IMG/VR virus record: IMGVR_UViG_2531839265_000011
Span: 1 to 10,381 of that record
Strand: one strand, 5' to 3'
Origin: a virus
Lineage: Duplodnaviria > Heunggongvirae > Uroviricota > Caudoviricetes
Length of the DNA: 10,381 bases
Part shown: positions 1 through 6,987 of the stretch, one piece after another
Layout of the letters: every line of letters begins with the position of its first letter
How positions within the stretch are numbered: position 1 is the stretch's first letter
Made by a program: the position numbers and the translations under genes
Notes under the pieces: model-generated
What the model saw: the letters and a program-made list of their open reading frames with translations, nothing else
Told to the model about the DNA's origin: nothing
The model's database searches: none

Positions 1-573
1 TTAGCAAATACCAAATGCTCGAATAGAACTCAAATCATCTAGGTTATTCAGTTCTTCCTTCATCTCCCGCTGACGCCGATAAATCTCATCGTTGCGATCG
101 ACCTGAGCCTGCGCCATTGCAGTAAGCAGCTCATCCAGTTTCTGCATCGACAGTTTCACCTGCTGGTTTTCCGCATCGCCCCATACCATGGTTTTTCGCG
201 CTGTGTCAGACTTTGATGCCATTACTGCCGGATAAAGACGAGCCATTGAGTCGGGGCCAGCGTTCCAGGTGCGACCGTTCCATTCGAACGTGAACGGCAG
301 TGCCTCCTGTTCTGTGCGCCATGCCTCGATTTCCCGCTTTTTGGCATCCTTCGCCGCGGCGATAAGTTCCGGCGTGACGGTGAACGGGGCGATTTCACCC
401 CATTTGCCGCTCTGCAACTCTTCCCAGATGCGTTGGCCTGTCGGGGCGGTATCATCTTGCATGGCGGTATACGGGACGAATTCCCTTTCACCTTCAAATA
501 ACACCTCGCAGTCAACCGCACCATTTTCGAGATAATGGGCGTTTCTGATGCCCTTTACCGCTCTGATTTTCAT
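1..573 (-). CDS. putative tail fibre assembly/chaperone-like protein paired with the second side tail fibre
   Basis: 190-aa ORF; ATG at 573-571 with AAGGAG 7 nt upstream; starts 14 nt after the TAA of the 654-aa fibre gene, the canonical position of a fibre chaperone; stop TAA at 3-1. Lacks the canonical Tfa C-terminal WP..P motif seen in the other Tfa (8518..9069), so the call is mainly positional. Confidence 0.5.
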   Translation of the reverse strand: MKIRAVKGIRNAHYLENGAVDCEVLFEGEREFVPYTAMQDDTAPTGQRIWEELQSGKWGEIAPFTVTPELIAAAKDAKKREIEAWRTEQEALPFTFEWNGRTWNAGPDSMARLYPAVMASKSDTARKTMVWGDAENQQVKLSMQKLDELLTAMAQAQVDRNDEIYRRQREMKEELNNLDDLSSIRAFGIC

Positions 574-587
574 GTTCTATCTCCTTG

Positions 588-2552
588 TTACTCAATGCGC
601 ACGAACAAACAGATAAAGCCTCTGTCGCCATACGTTCCACGATAACCTGACAGGGCCTGATAACGACCGGGAAAACTGAATGCACCAGCACCCCCCGCCT
701 TTACTGAAGGTGTGGAAACATATGTCCCGGAATTATTAATTGCACAGTCGATAGCCACAGGACCAAGTCGCGACCCCGCCACTACATCCCCAAGGCCAAT
801 TTTTATTTCCTTATCTCCTGCCGCTGTTCCCTGATAGACCGCGAGAATAAGAGAGCCAACTGCCGGATATTTGTAATATGAGGACGGGCCGTTGCCCGCC
901 GTCCGGGACAGCAGGAAGGCCAGCGAATCGCTGTCGTAAATGACGGGGCTTACTGTTGCATTCCAGTTATTTTCACTCCAGCGATAAGTCAGGCGATGAA
1001 TACTATGTTCGCCTTCGTAATACTGGTTAAAACACAGCAGCATTTTGAATTTGCGCGTTGTGTCTGATTCATCGTTATCAAAGGGCGACCACATCACATC
1101 AATAATGCCGTTAAATTTTGTGGTGCCAATCAGTAGCGAGGAAGAGTCCACAATACTGACCGCATAACGCCCCGGCGTGGCCTCTTTCAGCCATTCAGCA
1201 AAATCGGCCTGCCCGTTAAATGCCAGGGCTTCGGTGCTGGTAAATGCCTGACCGAATCCGTACATGCCGGACAGTGCCAGTCTGCCTGGTGTGCGGTCGC
1301 GGATATCGCTCTGGGGTTCCATCGTCGCAGCCGCTTTCAGTTCAAGCTCCGTGCGCATGGCCTCAGACGTGTCCAGCGCCAGTAATGCGCGGGCTTTTTC
1401 TGACAGCTGCGCCAGTAAAATCCGGCCCTCTGCACTGAAATAAGGCAGTGTGTTTTCTTCCGGTGTTATCTGGCTGACAGCCGTTAACACGTCATTAAGC
1501 GGCTGTTTACCTGCCAGTGCTTTAGTGACGGTTGTCGCAAAGTTCGGGTCATTACCCAGCGCCGCTGCCAGCTCGTTCAGCGTGTCGAGGGCTTCCGGTG
1601 ATGAGTCAACCAGCGCGGCGAGCAGTTTGCGGACAAATGCCGCGTTCGCGGTTTCCAGACCGACTGCATCGTCCGGTGGGGTTGGTGTGGTTGGCGTACC
1701 CGTGAACGCCGGGCTGTCCAGCGGCGCTTTTGTTTTCGTCTCGTCCATGACGGCTTTGACAGCCTTTGGTGTGGCGGCCAGTTCTTCGCTGTCGTTGTCT
1801 GTATCACTACAGAGTTGCACCAGGCCTTTTTGCGTCGTGCTGGCGCTGGTTCCTTTCAGGTCATCGACTATCCGTTGCGCCTCGTCCCTGTGCTGTTTCG
1901 CGTTCTGCTCGCTTTTTGCTGCTGCTTCGGCGCTGGCCTTTGCCTCGCCGGTCAGCGTTGCGGCTTCACCGAGTTTATCGACCGCTTTCTGGACTATCGT
2001 GTCAGCATCTTTGACCGCCTGTTCTGCGCGGGCCGCATCCTGTGTGGCAGATGACGCCAGTAACGCCACCTGCTTTTTGTCTTCGGCAACGGCTTCTGCG
2101 TTCTGCTGTACGTTATCCGCCAGCGTCTCGCAGTCGCTTTTAATTTGTTGCGCATCAGCGACATGTTTCCCGGCCTGTCGTTCGCTTTCCGCTGCCGCTT
2201 CCGCGCTCTGCTGCGCCTGCGCCACCATTTCCTCAAAGCGTTTCACTACATCCGGCTTTAAATCGCCTTCATCAAGGGCGGTCAGAAAGTCGTTCAGTGT
2301 GCCGGGCTTTGAATCGTCGTAAACCGAAATATCACCAACACAATATTCTCTTTCAATACATGACCGGAGATAAACGTCATATCTTCCGGTCTGGGCCTCA
2401 AATGCATATTCTCCTGCCGCCCCTGTCACTACTGTTGCCACCGTTCTCATGACCACTGCGGATGTATTCTGTCGGGCTTTCAGAATAATATGGTATCCGG
2501 ACATGGGGAGTCCCGTGCCATCCGTCAGCACACCCGAAATTAATACAGACAT
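588..2552 (-). CDS. side tail fibre protein, mosaic (Stf-type N-terminal domain, Ala-rich coiled coil, P2-H/Stf-type shaft motifs, distinct C-terminal domain)
   Basis: 654-aa ORF; ATG 2552-2550 with AGGA about 7 nt upstream. N-terminus MSVLISGVLTDGTG...ILKARQNTS...PGTLNDFL resembles the N-terminal domain of lambdoid prophage side tail fibres as I recall it; long Ala/Gln/Glu-rich coiled-coil region; central KGLVQL...ELAATPKAVKAVMDETKTKAPLDSPAFTGTPTTPTP...ALVDSSPEALDTLNELAAALGNDPNFATT block typical of P2 H / Stf fibres. Confidence 0.85.
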   Translation of the reverse strand: MSVLISGVLTDGTGLPMSGYHIILKARQNTSAVVMRTVATVVTGAAGEYAFEAQTGRYDVYLRSCIEREYCVGDISVYDDSKPGTLNDFLTALDEGDLKPDVVKRFEEMVAQAQQSAEAAAESERQAGKHVADAQQIKSDCETLADNVQQNAEAVAEDKKQVALLASSATQDAARAEQAVKDADTIVQKAVDKLGEAATLTGEAKASAEAAAKSEQNAKQHRDEAQRIVDDLKGTSASTTQKGLVQLCSDTDNDSEELAATPKAVKAVMDETKTKAPLDSPAFTGTPTTPTPPDDAVGLETANAAFVRKLLAALVDSSPEALDTLNELAAALGNDPNFATTVTKALAGKQPLNDVLTAVSQITPEENTLPYFSAEGRILLAQLSEKARALLALDTSEAMRTELELKAAATMEPQSDIRDRTPGRLALSGMYGFGQAFTSTEALAFNGQADFAEWLKEATPGRYAVSIVDSSSLLIGTTKFNGIIDVMWSPFDNDESDTTRKFKMLLCFNQYYEGEHSIHRLTYRWSENNWNATVSPVIYDSDSLAFLLSRTAGNGPSSYYKYPAVGSLILAVYQGTAAGDKEIKIGLGDVVAGSRLGPVAIDCAINNSGTYVSTPSVKAGGAGAFSFPGRYQALSGYRGTYGDRGFICLFVRIE

Positions 2553-2576
2553 TTTTATTTCCTGATTCAGAAAACA

Positions 2577-3665
2577 TTAACCAAAATAATTGACGCCTTT
2601 TTTCTTGCCACTGGCTTTCCCCTTTGCAGAAATATCCGTGGTCAGTGACAGATTCAGCGTAAATCCCTGTCCCGGTACCAGTGAAAACTCCACAGACTCA
2701 GCCTGCCAGTGATGGTCCTCACGCACACCAAATCCCTGCGTGACAAAACGCATCTCCGCCCCTGCTTTCAGCAGTTCCGGCCTGCAGGGCAACGTTATCG
2801 TCATCTGGCGTCCGGCTTTCTGCACACGTTTAACCTTCGACTCTGCACAGTGTTTTGCGGTGCCCTGGTCAGGCTGGGTAAACGGATGCCGCTTATCTGT
2901 TGACTCCACGTCAACTTTAACTTCACGTGTGCGTCCGTCACGGGCATCAAAATACCGGACCCCAACTTTCCCGCTCTTTTTATCCCCCTTCGCACCACCC
3001 GCAGCGCCCTGTCGCTCACCTTCACGATAATCCCAGTCTGATGCCATACCCGGCGTAATGGTTATCTCAGGCGCATTTCTGCCCCCCGTACTCTGTGATG
3101 CCCCGTATTCCAGAAATAACCAGTAGCCATTGGTCGGTTTACTGGTGGCGCCGTACATACCTGCAATGCGGGACAAGAGGGCAGCATCAGATTCTGATGA
3201 CTGCATCACCCACGGGATATGAATATCAGCAAGCACCGATGAGACGCGCGCCACCAGATTATTTTCAGTGGCGATGGTTTTCACCAGGTCGCCCAGTGTG
3301 ATATCGCTGAAAGCCCGGGTTTTCAGTGCGGTCACGTCTGCGCCATGTTTTGACGCATTCATGGGGGCTGCGGTGGCATAAATGGTGAGCCGGCGGGGAG
3401 GACCACCGCTTGCCACCTGACAGACGGTAAAACTGCCTTTATTGACCAGATTTCCGTTGAACCCCAGTCCCAGCGTTAGCACCGCGCCTTTCGGTGGCAA
3501 CGCCAGCGTCTCGCTGAACAGCGTTACCATCAGTTCATCGGACCGCTTTGTGCCAGCACCATTATCGGTATATCGCAACTCAGCCAGCCCACGTTTTATT
3601 GCCTTCGTGATATCCTGACCTTCCGCTGTCAGACTGAAATCCGGCTGATATTCATTCAGTCCCAT
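2577..3665 (-). CDS. gpD-like tail protein (P2 late control gene D family)
   Basis: 362-aa ORF; ATG 3665-3663 overlapping the end of the gpX-like gene by 10 nt; AAGGAG upstream; size, N-terminus (MGLNEYQPDFSLTAEGQDIT) and position at the end of the sheath-tube-chaperone-tape-measure-U-X block match gpD-type proteins of P2/phiCTX/R-pyocin clusters. Confidence 0.8.
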   Translation of the reverse strand: MGLNEYQPDFSLTAEGQDITKAIKRGLAELRYTDNGAGTKRSDELMVTLFSETLALPPKGAVLTLGLGFNGNLVNKGSFTVCQVASGGPPRRLTIYATAAPMNASKHGADVTALKTRAFSDITLGDLVKTIATENNLVARVSSVLADIHIPWVMQSSESDAALLSRIAGMYGATSKPTNGYWLFLEYGASQSTGGRNAPEITITPGMASDWDYREGERQGAAGGAKGDKKSGKVGVRYFDARDGRTREVKVDVESTDKRHPFTQPDQGTAKHCAESKVKRVQKAGRQMTITLPCRPELLKAGAEMRFVTQGFGVREDHHWQAESVEFSLVPGQGFTLNLSLTTDISAKGKASGKKKGVNYFG

Positions 3666-3874
3666 AACTGAAACGTCTCCTTCACTTCCGGTTCATATGT
3701 CCAGTCAGGCAACACGATTTCCACCCCGGCGGGATACACCGGACCAAAGTCAGCCAGCCCGGGATTGGCTTCCAGTACCGCCGCCAGTGACTGGTTAAGC
3801 CCGGTACTGCCATAGTGTCTCTGACAGATATCATCCAGCATATCGCCGTCAGTAGTCCGCCAGTTTTTCGCCAT
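3656..3874 (-). CDS. gpX-like small tail protein with LysM-like motif
   Basis: 72-aa ORF; ATG 3874-3872; sequence DMLDDICQRHYG...LAAVLEANPGLADFGPVYPAGVEIVLP has a LysM-like pattern; lies between the gpU-like and gpD-like genes as in phiCTX/R-pyocin-type tail clusters. Confidence 0.65.
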   Translation of the reverse strand: MAKNWRTTDGDMLDDICQRHYGSTGLNQSLAAVLEANPGLADFGPVYPAGVEIVLPDWTYEPEVKETFQLWD

Positions 3875-4343
3875 AGTATTTCAGCTCCAGTGTGAACGTT
3901 TTGTTCTTCGGCGCACCGCCGGGAAGAAAGGACGTGGTGTTATCTGAATAGGCGGTTGCCACGAAATACCCCATCACATCACCTGTGCTCGAGACCAGAA
4001 GATGCGGGGCCGGATTGTCATCCACCATCTGAACCAGTGTATCAAGGGCATCCATTCCCACACCGTCACGAAATCCCGCGTGCGCCATACCTTCAAGGGT
4101 TATTGTTCTGGCCCCCTTGCCGGTATACTGCAGCAGATCGTTTTTTCCGATAAGCTGTTGTTCATCCCATCGCCATTCCATCGTGCGCTTCATGGCGTTA
4201 TAAGCAGCAGTATCAATACTGAATTCAAACTCACCAAACGACAGCATGACGCGGGAGGCGACATCCGTTAATGATCCCACCGCGTCCCATGCTTCACGCT
4301 CAAGCCGGTTTACGCCCCAGCCCAGCAAATCCACCATATTCAC
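3849..4343 (-). CDS. gpU-like tail protein (tail terminator/tube-cap family)
   Basis: ORF-track frame 3849..4343, start as listed is GTG overlapping the tape-measure stop; a more plausible start is ATG 4337-4335 (GGGGGTG 3 nt upstream) or the internal ATG 4247-4245. Size and position immediately after the tape measure gene fit gpU. N-terminus uncertain. Confidence 0.6.
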   Translation of the reverse strand: MNMVDLLGWGVNRLEREAWDAVGSLTDVASRVMLSFGEFEFSIDTAAYNAMKRTMEWRWDEQQLIGKNDLLQYTGKGARTITLEGMAHAGFRDGVGMDALDTLVQMVDDNPAPHLLVSSTGDVMGYFVATAYSDNTTSFLPGGAPKNKTFTLELKYYGEKLADY

Positions 4344-5994
4344 CCCCAGAATGCATCGCCATCGGTCATGCGGGAACGCTGACCAAAATGAATATCTCCC
4401 AGATTTTTCGTTACCCTGTCAGCCAGTTGTCCGGCATCCTCGCCAGGCTTCTGAGTGATGTTAAATTCCGCCCGTATCTGATATGTGGGTTTTACTTCCA
4501 CCTGGCTGACACTGCCGGGGGTATACTGAAGAGCCGAGAGAGGATCCGAATTACCCTGCCCCTGAACTGCTGCAGGAAGTCCGTCAATATAGGTGCGGGA
4601 TTTCTCTTTTATCGCCTTAAAATCAGGTTCTTCTTTCGGCCCCAGCAGAGGGTCGAGAAATGCATCAAACTTTTTATCGTCATGATTCCAGGGGAGATAA
4701 CCGCGGGTGTCTTTATAGGCCTGTACAACCTGTTTTGTCAGGTCAGGATTTTGCCTGAGCAGTTCATCAAACCATTCACCCTGACCGTTTTTCTGCGCCA
4801 CTGCTCTCGCCAGCTCCGGCGACCCCATTTTTGCCAGATACTCCAGCACTTCCCGTCGGTCCTCTCGCGGATCATCCGCCAGCCCCCACTCAATGGCTTT
4901 TTGTGTAATTCCGGCAAGAACTTTTCCAAATTTCCACATCCAGGCAGCCATGTCGATCAGCGCCGGCAGGGCATCATCACGAATAAATGCCCGGATTTTT
5001 TTCCAGCCCACCATTCTTAAACCAGGCCGCAAGGTCATCCGTCACCTGTTGAATATGTGGGGCAAGTTCATTACCCAGCTGTCCGCTGATTTCATCAATG
5101 GAAGAACTCAGAACATTACGGAGATTTGACAGTGCCACATGTCCCTGAACTGCGCCATCAGCCCCTGCCTTTGTCACCAGGTTATAGCGTTTCTGCTCAC
5201 TGATAAGCTCCCGGTAAGTTTTCCCTGACAGACGCATCCAGGTCAGAATTTTATTGGCCTCACCACCGAACAACGCATCTGCCATTCCGGCAGCCACCTG
5301 TTCATTCTCCACCTGCAGTAAGCGATCAAATAAAAATTCGACCTGCTCCTGGTTGCTTTTCCCTGTCATCACCCCGGCTTTCAGTCCCAGTTTGCCAAAG
5401 ACCTCCTGAATGGCCCCTTTATCCGTGGCACCATTATCATCGTCAAAAACCTTGTTCCGGTACTCCTCAAACAGATCACCGATGTTTTCACCGTTCAGCC
5501 CCATCAGTCGGGCCAGAGAATCCCATGACGCATAGGTTTCATAATCCACCCCATAACTGCGGGCTATCCCTGCCCGCTCTGCCGTCTCCGTATTCCGGTT
5601 AAGCACAGCGGCAGTGCCCGCTGCCAGCGTCAACCCGGAACCAACCGAAAGCCCAAAACCGGTTTTAAGGACCGTCCCCGCCCGCCCTTTCCAGCGTTCC
5701 AGGCGTTCCGCGCGCGCCAGTTTACGGTTAAATTTGTCCTGCTCTCCGGTGGCATCATGAATTTTTTTACCCAGCTTTTCATACTGCTTTCGCAGATCAG
5801 TAATATCCTGTCCAGCCAGTACGCCAGCCTGAATTTTTCGTTTCAGTACGTCCTGCTGGCGTGTCAGGCGAGCCACTTCCTGTGTTGCCCCTGATAATCC
5901 GTGCTTCAGTCCATCAACCGATTTTTTTCCACGACGGATCTATCGTGCCTCCGATCCGGATATTCGCTTTAAGGTTATCGCCCACCGTTGCCAT
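4340..5994 (-). CDS. tail tape measure protein, reading frame interrupted twice at A7 runs (frameshifted gene or homopolymer sequencing error)
   Basis: Position directly after the E/E' chaperone; strong RBS (AGAGGAAG, 9-nt spacer) before ATG 5994-5992; three consecutive open segments (5994-5917, 5939-4980, 5041-4343) in different frames joined by single-nt shifts at A7 runs 5922-5928 and 4996-5002; Gly/Ala-rich hydrophobic stretch GFGLSVGSGLTLAAGTAAV typical of tape measure proteins; conceptual product about 548 aa. Confidence 0.6.
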
Positions 5995-6420
5995 AACGTT
6001 GCTTCCTCTCTTCCGACTCCGCCAGCATCATTGCCACAAAATCCGTATACGGCAGCGCCATCACATCTCCGGGAGACCACCCGAACCAGGCACCGGCACG
6101 CCGTATCGCTGTCAGGATGCTTTCTTCTTCCGCCGGACCGGCGGCAGCAAAAAAACATTAAACTGACGCTCCAGGGCCAGGTAATCACACGCTTCCATGT
6201 TCATCATGTCTGCCGCGTCCATCCCACACAGACCGGCAATCATATCCAGATCAGCCTCTGCTTCCGGTTTGTTACTCCGGCGATGCAACAGACGATCGCG
6301 GACAGTGGGCGCACGCATAGTGACGTGCGTGATCGTCTGTCCTGATGCGGTGACATACGGCACGGATAACACAATTTCCACGCTGCTGGCAGGAACGCTG
6401 TTTTTTTCCGACATAAGCAT
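5975..6420 (-). CDS. tail assembly chaperone E+E' fusion produced by programmed -1 ribosomal frameshift
   Basis: After a -1 slip at T_TTT_TTG (6154-6148) the -1 frame stays open for 57 codons (FFAAAGPAEEESILTAIRRAGAWFGWSPGDVMALPYTDFVAMMLAESEERKQRYGNGGR) to TAA 5977-5975, ending just inside the start of the tape measure gene; this is the standard E/E' (G/GT-type) arrangement. Confidence 0.6.
6112..6420 (-). CDS. tail assembly chaperone, gpE-like
   Basis: 102-aa ORF between tube and tape measure; AAGGAG at 6426-6421; first ATG at 6420-6418 is too close to the SD, so ATG 6414-6412 (6-nt spacer) is the likelier start; contains the T_TTT_TTG slippery heptamer 12 codons before its stop, as in P2 E. 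Confidence 0.75.
   Translation of the reverse strand: MLMSEKNSVPASSVEIVLSVPYVTASGQTITHVTMRAPTVRDRLLHRRSNKPEAEADLDMIAGLCGMDAADMMNMEACDYLALERQFNVFLLPPVRRKKKAS
6148..6154 (-). other. -1 programmed ribosomal frameshift slippery heptamer T_TTT_TTG
   Basis: Minus-strand sequence GTT TTT TTG in the E frame; heptamer X_XXY_YYZ with X=T, Y=T, Z=G, identical in form to the P2 E/E' site. Confidence 0.6.
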
Positions 6421-6427
6421 CTCCTTT

Positions 6428-6455
6428 AAAAAAGAAAAGGCGGCCTGAGCCGCCT
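6428..6455 (-). terminator. intrinsic (rho-independent) terminator between tube and chaperone E genes
   Basis: On the minus strand: AGGCGGC-TCAG-GCCGCCT (perfect 7-bp GC-rich stem, 4-nt loop; 6455-6438) followed by TTTCTTTTTT (6437-6428), then the RBS of E. Lies 19 nt after the tube stop. Confidence 0.6.
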
Positions 6456-6473
6456 GAATGACAGGATCCCGGA

Positions 6474-6968
6474 TTAAACCCGGATGATTTTTTTCAGATC
6501 CGCCAGAACATTAACGCCATTAATACGACGTACAAACTCCTCCGGAATAATGCAGATGGTTTCCACACCGTCGACAGCCTGGCGGTAATAACTCAGCGAC
6601 ATTTCCACCGTCACCGAGGCGTCTGCCTGCGATGTTGCCGGACGTGCATCCGGCGTGATACTGGTGATCATCCCCTGCAGGGTTTCCACCTGTCCGCTGG
6701 TCGCATTCCCCACCTGATAGCCCTGGCGGACAACAATCTCCGGCGAATAAAGCCCGGCCTGTAATCCCAGCAGCGTCAGCATGGCAACATCATAGCCATA
6801 AATCTTAAACGAACAGGTCAGCGCTTCCATGCCGTCATCCACTGCCACCGGTGCATCCATTGCGCCGGTTTTGATATCCACTGTCGTGATATTAATGGCT
6901 GGCGGCGTGTATTCATGCGCCCCCTGAAGGCGGATCCCGCCAGGAAGAAATAACGCCCATGCGCGCAA
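6474..6968 (-). CDS. tail tube protein (FII-like)
   Basis: 164-aa ORF directly after the sheath gene; C-terminal MSLSYYRQAVDGVETICIIPEEFVRRINGVNVLADL resembles the conserved C-terminal region of P2-type tube proteins as I recall them. The in-frame ORF has no ATG (only TTG at 6968-6966); a strongly RBS-backed ATG at 6991-6989 lies in another frame (see findings). Confidence 0.75.
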   Translation of the reverse strand: MRAWALFLPGGIRLQGAHEYTPPAINITTVDIKTGAMDAPVAVDDGMEALTCSFKIYGYDVAMLTLLGLQAGLYSPEIVVRQGYQVGNATSGQVETLQGMITSITPDARPATSQADASVTVEMSLSYYRQAVDGVETICIIPEEFVRRINGVNVLADLKKIIRV

Positions 6969-6987
6969 CAGTTTTTTTCACCCGTCA

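Noticed and set aside
222-535. Small overlapping ORFs on both strands inside the first 600 bp
   Set aside because: They lie inside the better-supported 190-aa chaperone-like gene in other frames; Arg/Ser-rich shadow translations.
1450-2322. 290-aa plus-strand ORF
   Set aside because: Antisense to the Ala/Gln/Glu-rich coiled-coil region of the fibre gene; the translation is low-complexity Ser/Ala/Cys-rich with no RBS context; a typical shadow ORF of GC-rich repetitive coding sequence.
4247-4343. N-terminal 32 codons of the gpU-like ORF as listed
   Set aside because: The listed start is a GTG overlapping the tape-measure stop with no spacer after the G-rich stretch; the true start is probably ATG 4337 or the internal ATG 4247, but I cannot decide between them without an alignment, so I kept the listed ORF span and flagged the uncertainty.
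4271-5020. 249-aa plus-strand ORF
   Set aside because: Entirely antisense to the tape measure gene; Phe/Leu/Arg/Cys-rich composition typical of non-coding frames; no convincing start context.
5940-6188. 82-aa minus-strand ORF overlapping the end of E, a candidate for the E' extension
   Set aside because: It is in the +1 frame relative to E, is Cys/Arg-rich, and is not reachable by the -1 slip at T_TTT_TTG; the real E' extension is the other frame, ending at 5975.
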